Origin: Marsupella aquatica
Lineage: Eukaryota; Plantae; Marchantiophyta
Length of the DNA stretch: 64,000 nt
NCBI GenBank assembly: GCA_973895155.1
Contig: OZ316892.1
Coordinates: 26,993,233 to 27,057,232, forward strand
Reading direction: 5' to 3'
Numbering within the stretch: the first letter of the stretch is position 1; each line of letters opens with the position of its first letter. The position numbers and the translations under genes are program-made. The notes under the pieces are model-generated. The model was not told the origin of the DNA, did not search any database, and saw only the letters and a list, made by a program, of their open reading frames with translations. Shown here in pieces: positions 11,901 to 22,912 of this stretch.

Positions 11901-13150
11901 CATGGAGGTCAGTCAACGAAGAAGAAGACAAGTACTTGATCGAGAGGCCATTTTGGGAACATCAAAAGCGCTCAAGGGCAAAGGAGTGAACAATGGGGAA
12001 GAAGCAAGAAGACCAAGAGAAGAGGAGAGGAAAGAAAGTTATGTTGATGACCTATCAAAGCTCATGGAAGGATTAAAAATCCTAAGCACACAAGTGATGG
12101 GGCCGAAAAACAACTTGTGACAAGGAGGGAGCTCGAGTCGAGGCAGTACTTGGGGTTGTATGTGGTGTGATAACAAAGATCATGCTAGAAGGGATTGTAG
12201 GGAATTTTCTGAAACACTCAGAAAACAACATGTAAAGTTTTTTGGTGAAGCTGGCATGAAAAAGATTGCATACTTTGATTCTGGAGAACCTGTGCCACTC
12301 AATGGCAACAAAGGAGGTATGAAGGCATTGGTGGAAAAAAGGTTAGCTGAGCAAGATGTAAGTATGGTAGCAGCAACATATGAGCCAAATGTCTATGCAG
12401 CTCAGAGACATGAAGACCTTGCAGCAAATTTGTCTTTACTCAATAAGAAAAGATTAGCTGAGCATGTTCGACGTCAAACAGGATGGGATGTACCTGTTCA
12501 CATCACGGCTATCACAACTGAAGTAGGAGCAGCTTGGGATGTTACAGTGGAAGACAAACACAAGGCTGCAGAAGAGGCAAGAAAAGAATCTCGACAAAAA
12601 CAGCAAAGGATAAACGAAGAATCCAAAAGGAAGACTGTGCGTTTCAAACCAACAAAAGGATCAAGCTCCAGTCCCGGCTCAAGCAAAGAGTCATATGGAA
12701 ATAGTTCTGGACCTGAGGGGCTAGTTAGTAAGAAGAAGCAAGGAAACAAGGGTCCTGGTTGGGTGCTAGGCCGAGATGTCGAGAGAGATCTTGATCCAGA
12801 AGCATTGGCCAACAAATTTTGGAAGCAAGAAGTACGGGGTTTCACTAACGAAGAGTTTTTTGGCTGTCTAAGGAGGGATGTTCAAGAAATAGTATTAGCC
12901 AAGGCTAAGAAGAAGAGATTCTACAAGGAGGGTCCACATGCCTTGGCTGGATCAATCTCAGAAGATTCAGATGAAGACATGGAGGGAAGAGAGAGTTACT
13001 TAACACAAATCTTGGAGCAAGAGGATGGAGCAGATCCAGAGGAGCATGAAGAGTGGGTGCAAGTCTATGATGCTAGTTTTGAAGATGTCAACACATCTCT
13101 TGGATGGGAGACAAGACAAGAAGAAGCAACAAAAGCTTATTGGGCAAGAG
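11901..13150 (+). pseudogene. gag: gag continuation with CCHC zinc knuckle; stop at 12118-12120
   Basis: CMWCDNKDHARRDC = CX2CX4HX4C, in frame with the N-terminal gag after CACTA-1 removal. Confidence 0.88.
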
Positions 13151-13457
13151 CTCGGGGGCCTCAATCCAAGGGGTGTCTCATATCACGCTCGAAGTTTTGG
13201 GGGAATAAACACCCTAAAAGTTAAGTCAATAAAGTTTTTTTTAGGAATTTTTTAACCCCTAACTTAATGGAATATTCCAAGAATATTCTCATATTTGATT
13301 TTAAAAAACCCTATGATTCTCATAATTCTCAAAATTGGATTAAAATAACCCTAATGTTCTTCAACAAAAATTTAAAAGTATTTCACTAAACCCAATAAAA
13401 AAACCCTATACTTATTTGCGCGTGATGGGTCGGAATAAAAGAAGTGAGGACCCCGGG
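13151..13457. mobile_element. 307-bp MITE with 13-bp imperfect TIRs and 8-bp TSD GGCAAGAG; related to the P-like element end at 28116
   Basis: Left end CTCGGGGGCCTCA vs right end rc CCCGGGGTCCTCA. TSD at 13143-13150 and 13458-13465. Removal restores YWAR-GCSECLVEL. Confidence 0.93.
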
Positions 13458-13465
13458 GGCAAGAG

Positions 13466-13935
13466 GGTGCTCTGAATGCCTAGTGGAGCTTGAGGGAATC
13501 AAGGGCACAATACGTGCACTACTTGATTCTGGTTCTGAGGTAAACCTCATGTCCTTGAAGTTGTACAAAGAAGGGCAGTGGAAGGTGGATCGAGACATCA
13601 ATTGGGGAGTTAAAGCAGTAAATGCTACCAAAAATGGATTGTGAGGAGCATGTCCAAGAGTCAAAATTAGAGTAGCCCATGTGGTAGAGCCTATCAATAT
13701 TTTTGTGCATGAGAATCTTCCATATGATTTTCTCCTTGGGCAGCCTTTCATCACAGAGTTAAGGTTGGAGACAAGAGTGCTTGATGATGGTACTCATGTT
13801 GGAAAGGTGAAGAGTCGAGATGGCATGAGAGTCATCCAATTCCCTACTGTTCTTCCTAAAAATAGTAGGAACAAGAAAGAACTAAGAGGACCTGAGTTTC
13901 GTCAAGGGAGACAAGACTCTCAAGATTTCTCTTAG
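13466..13935 (+). pseudogene. Aspartic protease of the retrotransposon; TGA at 13642-13644
   Basis: LLDSGSEVNLM active-site motif and FLLGQPF flap motif. Confidence 0.9.
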
Positions 13936-14212
13936 GCGCCCTGCATGCTAAGATGGAGTTCAAGCGAGGCGCCAATCTGATATCTCCATCTCCACAGGTC
14001 AGGATTGAAGCTCATCAGTTTTTTTTTCTTCCTTTCATGGAATAAGTAAGAATAGGGTTGTTTCATTTGTAGAAAAAGAAAAATTTTCAAGAAAGCTACA
14101 AAAAAGAATGGATAGAAAGAGGAAAGGTTTGCAAGAAGATGGTATCATAAAAGAAAGTGAATAGATTTTTGGCATCTTAGAAGAGAGTGGATGTGAACCA
14201 TCGATAGAGGAA

Positions 14213-17200
14213 GTGCTTCTATCAATATATCAAGGTGAATCAGAGATAGAGATTGGAAGAAGTTTATATGAGGTTCTAGCCTACCTAGTTCAGGAAGAGA
14301 TTGAGGTTAACACCAAATATAAAATAGTGGATAAAAAGATTAGACCAGCAGCTACTCCATTACCTTTAGAAGCTAAAGAGTTGCTACAGAAAGCTAGTAA
14401 AGAACCTTCTTTGAGGAATTGGGATAAGATAGGTCATACATTCACTAAGAAGACATTGGATAGTTTGCAAATTGGAGGGGATGGCTTACTCACCAATGTT
14501 GAGGTCGAGGCTTTTCGGAAGATGATATCAAAACATGGAAAGGCCCTTTCCTTCAACATAGATGAAATAGGTTGTGTCAACCCAAGGGAAGTGACACCAA
14601 TGATCATCTTTACTGTTCCTCATATTCCATGGGATTTGAGGCCATTACCAATACCTCGAGCATTGATGCAAGGAGTGGTAGACTTGCTGAAGGAGAAGTT
14701 GAAAGCAAGAATCTTGGAGAGATCCAATGCACCATATGCAAATCGTTGGTTCACTGTGAGAAAGAAAAATGAGAAGTTGCGATTCATTCAAGATATGCAG
14801 CCGCCAAACAAGGTCATAATCAGAAATGTTGGCACCGGACCAGTGGTTGATGAATTTGCAGAGGAGTTTGCTGGTAAGGCAATTTACTCAATTGGGGATC
14901 TGTATTCTGGGTATGATCAATTCTAACTTGTTGAAAGTAGCAGGGATATTACCACCATGAGAACACCGTTGGGGTTGATGAAGATGTGTACCTTGCCACA
15001 AGGAGCTACAAATTCAGTAGCCCACATGCAAAATGCCATGAATAGGATTTTGCAATCTTTTATTCCACAAAAGACTCGACCATTTTTGGATGACATTCCT
15101 ATCAAGGGATGTGTGGAGGAGTGCAAGGATAAAACAGTTAGGGAGGATGGACTACGACAATTTGTGTGAAACCATCTTCAAGACGTTGCAGCAATTCTGA
15201 AACTATTGATGGAGGTTGGTGTTACACTTTCTGGTGAAAAATCTGCATTTGGCCTTATAGAGATCTTAGTGGTTGGGCAGAAATGTGGTTCATATGGAAG
15301 GAAGTCTAATGATGCAAAAGTAGATGCTATTAATCATATGAAGGATTGTAGTTCCGTGAGTGAAGTTAGGAGATTTTTGGGTGGATGTGTGTTCTACAGA
15401 ATATGGATACCTCATTTTGCTCATATTGCAGAACCTCTATATGATTTATTAAGGAAGAAGGTTAAGTTTGTATGGACTGATAGACATTCCAAAGCAATGA
15501 CTAGGATGAAAGAAGCATTGTTAAGTCCACCAGTTCTTAGAACAATAAACTATGACAATGATCAACCTGTAATTGTCATAGTTGATTCTAGTCCCATAGC
15601 AGTAGGATGGGCTATAGGACAGGATGACGAGGAAGGACATCGTTTTGCTACTCGCTTTGGGGCTAAGATCTTTGATGAAAGGCAAAGAAGGTACCCGCAA
15701 GTCAAACGAGAACTATGGGGTGCAAGATGCGCCATAAGACAAGAGAAAGATTTCTTGATAGGAGCAAAGGTTATTCTGGAAACTGATTATAAGCCATTAT
15801 TAGGGATGATCTCTAACTGTGACACTCCAGATATAGCTATGCTAAGGTGGATAGCCTTTATTAGGATGATTAATCCTGAACTAAGGCATATCAAGGAAAA
15901 AGATAATCCAATGGCTAATATGTTATCAAGGGCAAGATATCACAAGAATAAAATAATTAGTAAACATGTCATAGCAGTCAGTGGAAGTGAGGCACATACA
16001 GAAATTGAGTCTATAGAGTTTAAAGAAGAACTCTATTCGGGGAAGCTACGAATCATAGGGCAATATCTGAAGAAATTGGAAAAAGAAGAAGGGTGGACAC
16101 ATGAGGAGTTCAAGAAGATTCGGAAAGAGGCATACCAATTTCTTCTCAGAGATGAGTATCTTTGGAAACGTCCAAAGAAAAAGGGACATGTGCCTTTGCG
16201 GGTCATTGATGATGTTGATACAAAGGCACAAGTACTTCAAAATTATCATGATGATCAAACAGCAGGACATAGAGGAGTCCAAGCTACTTACAATAAGATT
16301 CGTGAGTTCTATTGGTGGCCACGAGTTTACATGGATGTTAGGGACTATGTGGAGAGTTGTAAGGTGTGCCAAATATACTCCAAGCTAAGGCATAGAGATG
16401 GGTTGAAGCCTACTTACCCATTGGCCTTACATTTTCAATGGATGTTAGACATAGTGCATATGCCAAATGGAACAAAGGGTGCAAAGTACTTAGTATTGGC
16501 AAGAGAAGACTTATCTTCATATGTAGAGGGAAGGGCACTAGCATCCAATAAGACAGAGCCGGTTTGTAGGTTTGTTTTGGAAGATATCATTGCTAGACAT
16601 GGATGTTTTTCTCAAATGAGGGCTGATCGAGGGGAGCTAAATAGTGAAGAAGCACACGATTTTTTTGCTAAGTTTGGCATCAAACTTAAGCTTACAACAT
16701 CTTATAATCTAGAGGCAAACGGAAAAAGTGAAAGAGGTCATCCACCAATAGTCAATGCTTTAGTTAAAGCATGCAAAGGCAACACATTCCAATGGCCTAA
16801 TCTACTACCATTAGCTCTGATGGCAGATAGATTAACTTGTAGCTCGGTTAGTGGATTTCTCCCTGTAGAGCTTGCTTCAGGACATTTACCATTGATGCCA
16901 ATTGAAGAAAAAGTACAAAGCTGGCGGACCATAGAGTGGAAGGATGAGGTTTCTAGAGAAGAATTGATTGCTAGAAGGATAGAGCATTTCAATCAGACTC
17001 CAGAAAAGATTGCTATAGCCTTAGAGCACGTCAAAGCTGCAAGATTGAAGAACAAATCAAGATTTGATTTGACTCACCGACTCCGACCTATCCCAATCAA
17101 AGAAGGAGATTGGGTGCTTATCTCAGATAACGCTTTGGACAATCAACACTCAACACTTAAAAAGTTTGCGAGGCGATGGATGGGACCTTTTGTGGTCACC

Positions 17201-17386
17201 CAAATCCATGATAATGCAACATATAATGTCAAAGAGATGGACGGAACACATCATCGAACCCGATATGCAGGAAAGCGGATCAAGCTATTCAAAAGAAGGA
17301 CAAAATTTAGTGTCGAGGATATCATTGATGAAGACTTACCAAGTGAAGAAGAAATTTGGGACTCACATATTAGTAGGGGTGAATAG
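14213..17386 (+). pseudogene. pol: pol: reverse transcriptase, RNase H, integrase; stops at 14924 and 15167
   Basis: RT motifs DLYSGYDQ, LPQGATNS, FLDDI. RNase H IVDSS...RELWG...ETDYKPL. Integrase H-x6-H...CKVC, LDIVHMP, ADRGE, NGKSER, WMGPF. No chromodomain. Confidence 0.95.
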
Positions 17387-17430
17387 TCTTATCCAGAATG
17401 ATTGGTGTAGACCAGAGGCTGCACAGGTTT

Positions 17431-17443
17431 AGTAGGGGTGATA
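17431..17443 (+). promoter_or_regulatory. Polypurine tract
   Basis: AGTAGGGGTGATA directly before the TGTC start of the 3' LTR. Confidence 0.65.
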
Positions 17444-18715
17444 TGTCGTAAAAAAATGGTTTTGGAGTTAGAATACCTCACATAGAGTTTCTCACTCCAT
17501 TAGACATTATTAAAAATTAAATAAAAATAAATAGTGTGACTTAGAGTAGTTATTTATAAATTATTAGATATAATAGACCAAAATCATAGAATAGGTAAAA
17601 ATAAAATAGTATACCAAAATAATAGTATACCAAATGAGTATAGTAGACCAAATGAGTATAGTAGACCAAATGAGTATAGTATATCAAATGAGTATAGTAG
17701 ACCAAATGAGTATAGTAGACCAAATGAGTATAGTAGGCCAAGATAATAAAATAGGACAAAAATAAGATAGTGTGCCAAAAAAGTGGGCTAGCAAATTGTG
17801 GATAGTCCACTTTACAAAATAGTGTGCTAAGATAGTGGGCTAGCAAATTGTGGATAGTCCACTTTACAAAACAGTGTGCTAAGATAGTGGGCAAAAAAAG
17901 TGGGCTAGCAAATTGTGGGTGGTCAACATTTCAAAGTATAAATAGAAGGGAACTTGCTTCCCATAGGGCATTGTGTTCCCACTATTGAGAGTGGAGTCCA
18001 TGGTTTGCCTTGATATAACGGAGGACTATGCCGCCGATTTTCATGATGGAAGGAATTGAGGATTTTTCTTATGGTCATGGAGGGCTATGCCACCACTTAA
18101 GCACCTTAAGTTAAATACTCAAATCTGGCAAGGATGGCTATGTCGTCTGCATCAAGGATATATTATCAAAGGTTACCTTAGGCTTAGCTATTCCCATAGA
18201 TTGTGAATGATGTTGCATGGGTTGCCAAGAGTGCATAGACCACCGGGAGTGGTTGTCAACCCATTTTTGATTAGATTATATTGTTTAGATAAAAATGTAA
18301 TGCGTCAAATGCTTATGTATCAGTTTGGTATAGATTTTGCCACCATGGTTATGAATTTAAATGTTCCACTCATATTCCCGTAGTTACTTATGAAGAAGAG
18401 TGGGTGTGTACTATCTATATTTTGTATTAGAAAGGATGGATTTGAATCAAGTCCCAAATCCAATCTTAAATTTGATGTCTTCCTTGAGTCTAAAGATTAT
18501 TGTGCGAAGGAAGATAGCGTGTAGGGAAATCTTAATAAGAAAGTTTGGAGAAGAGTCGTAATATTATAGTATCTTCAGAAGAAGCTCTAATACTCTACGG
18601 GGATCATCCAATGGGAACTTTAAGTATTTTTGTGCTTGTATAGTTCAGGTGAGTAGTCGTATTTGCACAGGTAGCAAGGCCCAGTGCCTCTCGAGTAGAT
18701 TAAAACCCCAAGACA
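17444..18715 (+). repeat. 3' LTR (~1272 bp), TG...CA
   Basis: Starts TGTCGT after the PPT and ends AAGACA; last 354 bp match 1-357. The start coordinate is inferred because the 5' copy is truncated. Confidence 0.85.
17629..17925 (+). repeat. Tandem repeats inside the LTR: 6x 18-bp ACCAAATGAGTATAGTAG (17629-17736), then ~52-bp GTGGGCTAGCAAATTGTGG units (x3)
   Basis: Directly visible. Confidence 0.9.
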
Positions 18716-20533
18716 ACGGCTCAAGTTTCAGTTTGCTTTGAGCTTTCGCTTGCTATTTTCTTCTGATGTAGTTTGCTGACATTTGAATAGGAGGAAGGCG
18801 ACGCTGGAAAGAAACAGTGGGAGGACGTCGTTGCCTGGCTGGACATTTGGATCGAGGTCACTGTGGAGGTCACAATTGAATCTTGGATTGAATCATTGAT
18901 TGTCATCCTAATTGTCGTGTGTGGTTCTTCACTTTGCAGCTTGCTATAGCCTGGAGGACGGCTACTCTTCAGAGAACAACAGTAACAAGTAAGTGACCAA
19001 AATGTTGAGGACTTGCGCTTTCTGCCTCCCATATGCAAGCTTCATAGAAACTGACGTCTCTACCATGATACCCTGGCTTGCTGATTGAGCTTGCTCGCTG
19101 CCTTGTTTGTATGTTTTTCTTTTGCATGTATTAGGAGGACGACAACGCTGGTTGGAGGACTATTGTTGTCGGTTGTGTAGCTGCGTCACATTGGAAGACA
19201 AGGACGGTCCGGAAGGGACGCTCGGCGAGGGCGGAGGCGAGGGTAGAAGAGCGTTACATCTAGTACCAGGTTTGAATCTAGCTCCTTGTCCAGGTTGCAA
19301 TTGCAAGTTTCCTAGACAACCAAGTCCACATTGTCTGTGTGCTTGCATTGCCTACTCGCATTGAAAAGAGCTAGTCTAGAATGTTACGTAGCTATTTCTT
19401 TTGTAGTAGTAGCCAAGCAGAATCCACAGAAGAGGCTTCCAATGTAGTATGCGACGGTCTGTACACATTGTTGTTGTGCTGCATTCATAATCGTTGCTCG
19501 GACCTGGGTTTGGTCAGGTCTCGCAGAAGTTTTGGTCAGGTCCTGGCTGCGGAATTTTTCTGCATCTTGCTTCTATTGAACTATCAAACTGAGGATTTTG
19601 TGTCTTGCATAGGATCTTCCTGATCTATGGAGCTCGTTTTGCTTGCCTCTTATCGGAAGCAATTGGGATTGAATGCCTTGTATTCCCTTCCCGGTTGTTG
19701 CTTTTGAACTTTGGCCAATAGGCTTCTTTGTGGTAGGCCGCCTTGAAATTGCCTTGAAATTGGGCGGTTGAAAAGCTTTGAAGGAGGTGGAGCGACTGTG
19801 GCCTTTTCCAGTGTTGTTACTACCAAATTTCCACTGCGAGGTATGTATGTGGTAATTAATTGATGTCGATAGCAAATAATTTAGTCTTGTTTGCTGTTAA
19901 GTAGGTTGAGTTCACTTCAGTTTACTAGACAGACAAACCCTCAGAGTTAAGCAAATACTTAAGTTTGAGGAAGCTTGTTGGTAGTATGACTGTGAACAAT
20001 GTCATAGCGCAGGTCAACATTATTGTCTGCAAGGGCTTCATTCTGAATTTTCTGCTCCACTGTTGTCTTTGTAGGGCGAGGCGAGTTCACTTACTAGTGG
20101 TGGGTCTCGGATCGTGTTGTTTAGGGCTGTATTCTATATTGGTGTTGTGCAGAAAATAGCATACTTCATGTGTGGATCTCCCTTCTTTTCAATTAATTAT
20201 GGTCTGGTGTATGTACTATAGATGAAGTTGTGTAGTATTATAATTCAACTGTTTGACTGATTTGAATGTACAGAGACAGGACAGTGGACCATCTAGGGGA
20301 ATGGACACTTGTTTCATGGATATGCATTTTTACTCTCATTTTTACTACGCTGGTGAGTCGCTGATATGTTTTAATTATGCACTATGGAATGTGCAGATTC
20401 ACACAATCTTGGGTGGTGACCAGGAGTTCGGGTTCTCATTCGACTACAGAAGTTGTGGGGAGCCTAGGATCCAAGTAAGCTCCACTTTGTTGCAGAGGAC
20501 AACAGGGCCTTTAGCTTTAGGGTTGACTATGCC

Positions 20534-20959
20534 ATGGGTCGTAGATATGAGTCTGCACCAAAGGTTTTGCCCTGTTCAATTTCGAAGCCAATTTTTGAGG
20601 GTGTGAATGCCTTCTTAGTTCCAAATGAATTTTCAAGAGCTCATTTTGAAGTTTTCCATAGAAAGCTAATTGAACGTCATGGTCAGCTTTGCACTGTTGC
20701 TTCCAGCAACACCACTCACATTGTTGCTGGTTCTTGGAGAGCAGTCATGTCCGAGTGGACATGGTCTGGTGTTAATTCCCTCATTCAAGAGCAGGCATTG
20801 AAAGTTGTCTAATTTGAATGGATGTGCGAATCCCTCAAAGAAGGAGTCCTACCGGAAGAAGGCCCTTTCAACTTAATGTTGACTGAGGTAGAGTCTGAGG
20901 TAGATTGTGCTAAGAGAAAAGTAGAACAGATTGAACAGGATAAGGCAGGTTCAGTTTGA
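20534..20959 (+). pseudogene. Single BRCT-domain protein; TAA at 20810-20812
   Basis: IFEGVNAFL...TTHIVAG...LKVV*FEWMCESL. Homologous to the first BRCT of ORF 52556-53419. Confidence 0.8.
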
Positions 20960-21289
20960 AGAAGTATAAACTTGATCAAGCCAAAACGTAAATGTGTGTA
21001 GCTTACTGTAAATGTAACCTCTACTCAGTCTTGGAGCAATTTAATAAAGCGTTGCTTGCTGCAATTCTTTGCAAATCCGCTGTTTGGTTCTTGGAGCACT
21101 ATGTAGTTCCTTTGGTTTGTGTAGGTTTTTAAAGATTAGTTGCTTCTCTTTTTTGTGCAGGGACATTCTAGCGCAAGGCAGAAAGTGTGGAAGTTCTGGG
21201 TCCAAGCAAAGGTTGGCCCTTGTACCCTATTTGTTGTGGCCTTGTGATTTTGTTGGAGTGAGCACAATCTCAATCTAGGTGCACTAAAG

Positions 21290-21727
21290 ATGGTTGTGAC
21301 ATGCAGTGCATTGTCTGAGTACCATCAACAGAAGGGTGAGCGATTCCATGTGAAGATGATTCACAATGGGGTCGTGCCTACTGACTATGCTGTGACGTGG
21401 GGCTATCCAAGTCTGCCTTGCAACCATTATAGGAGGCTGAATACATCCCCACTAGTCCCAAACAGTATCCGTCTAGTTAAACGGACACTTGGGGTGTTGG
21501 ATGAGGACTGTGTCTTCCTGGAGGCTTGTCTCCATTGTCACACCCAGACATGTGATCGTTGTAGGGGAGGTCACTCAAACATAGTGCAGACTTTTGCACA
21601 GTACATGGCAAGAATGGCATGGGGCCGTTGCCTAGCATGGAATACTTGTCATTTCATCAATGATTGTGTCTGTGATGGGACACGTCCAGGTTCTGCCCGT
21701 GATGATGATGCACATTCAAGTTGTTGA
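21290..21727 (+). CDS. ~145-aa Cys/His-rich protein of unknown family (copy A)
   Basis: Open ORF; aligns with 37818-38264 and 55353-55802 (ACLHCHTQTCDRC). Confidence 0.72.
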   Translation: MVVTCSALSEYHQQKGERFHVKMIHNGVVPTDYAVTWGYPSLPCNHYRRLNTSPLVPNSIRLVKRTLGVLDEDCVFLEACLHCHTQTCDRCRGGHSNIVQTFAQYMARMAWGRCLAWNTCHFINDCVCDGTRPGSARDDDAHSSC

Positions 21728-21894
21728 CGTCTAATTTGCATTCCTCATATTGCAAGATGGATCAAAAGAGCCCACAGGGAAGTGATGCCCCTGGTGGAGG
21801 CTACTGGCTGTGATTGCTGGTGGACTGTTGCTCCTTCTGGTACATCACATGCCTGTCCCTATTTTTGAAGGTAATTTTGCAGATCTTGTTCAGC

Positions 21895-22590
21895 ATGGCA
21901 CACATCGCTCGTCAGTTGCTGGATCCAAGATTTGGGCATAGGGAGCACCTTTGTATGGATCCCCCTTGTTGTTTTGAATGTGACGAGGGAGGAACTGTTT
22001 TGTTCTGTGATGGCCCTTGTGGTCGCCATTTTCATTATATAGTTGATGGCCACAACCCTGATGAAGAAGATGGCCATGGACCTACATGTCAGCGCATTGT
22101 CATTTCCAGAGGTCATGATTGGGCTGCAGCTTGGCTCTGTGATCTCAGTCAGCAAAACAGAGGAAGATGTTTTGGTTGTGGGCTCCTTGGCAGAACCTTG
22201 AGACCCAGCACAGATGAGCCCCTTGTGGTCCAGTGTTCTCATGATGATTGCTACTCATTTTACCATGTGGGTTGCCTCCGGACACTTCTGCGATTGGGGG
22301 AAATGCCATTCACCCGCCATCGAGATAACCCTGATGCACATCCCGATGCTTTTATATGCCCACGACATTACTGTGAGGTCTGTAAGGAGTATCGGGAGGG
22401 CATTTGGGACTTTGTCCAATGTTGTAGATGCCCTCGTGCATGGTGTCGTGATGAAGGACCAACAGCAGACAGACACTTGAGGAGAGGGGTGAGGGGCCGA
22501 GACACCTGGGACATTGGATAGTGGCACATGATTTATTGTAATCGCCATGTCATTCTAGAGGGTTCTGATATCCCTAGTACCCATGACTAG
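21895..22590 (+). pseudogene. EDM2/NSD-type multi-PHD finger protein (copy A); TAG at 22519-22521 near the C-terminus
   Basis: CFECDEGG...CDGPCGRHFH; CFGCGLLG...QCSHDDCYSFYHVGCL; FICPRHYCEVC...QCCRCPRAW; IYCNRH after the stop. Confidence 0.85.
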
Positions 22591-22912
22591 ACACATCATG
22601 ACTGCTACAAATTCCATCTTACAAACTTCAACCTTTTTTGTAGTGGACCCATAAGACAACCTAAATTATATGAACTTAAGTATTTGGTTGAATGCTATGG
22701 ACTTAAGTATTTCGATGAATGAAAGGGACCTAAGTATTTGGTTGAACAAAATGGAATTTTGATGAATTGAAATGGACTACAATAGATTGAGTGTTCAGAT
22801 GACATTGTGAATGGTTGACTTGAGTCCTGATCTTTTTCCATGTCTATCCATTGTTGTATGACAGGTTCATCTACCTAATCCCTCTCCCTCACAGCCTGTA
22901 TAACTGTCCATC

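Larger units (their letters stand above)
1..18715 (+). mobile_element. Ty3/gypsy LTR retrotransposon (gag-PR-RT-RH-INT, no chromodomain), decayed, with two nested DNA transposons
   Basis: 1-357 is a direct repeat of 18362-18715. PBS follows the 5' LTR and PPT precedes the 3' LTR. Domain order PR-RT-RH-INT is gypsy-type. Confidence 0.96.

Noticed and set aside
17629-17736. 18-bp repeats (and the 408-bp array) as a CRISPR array
   Set aside because: Head-to-tail repeats without unique spacers, no cas genes, eukaryotic context.
18716-20000. Short minus-strand ORFs as a gene
   Set aside because: Many stops and no recognisable motif; possibly decayed coding sequence, but unassignable.
20383-20390. 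TATGGAAT as the left TSD of the P-like element
   Set aside because: It matches 28117-28124 but is not followed by the CyCGG...ATCACG end motif; probably chance.
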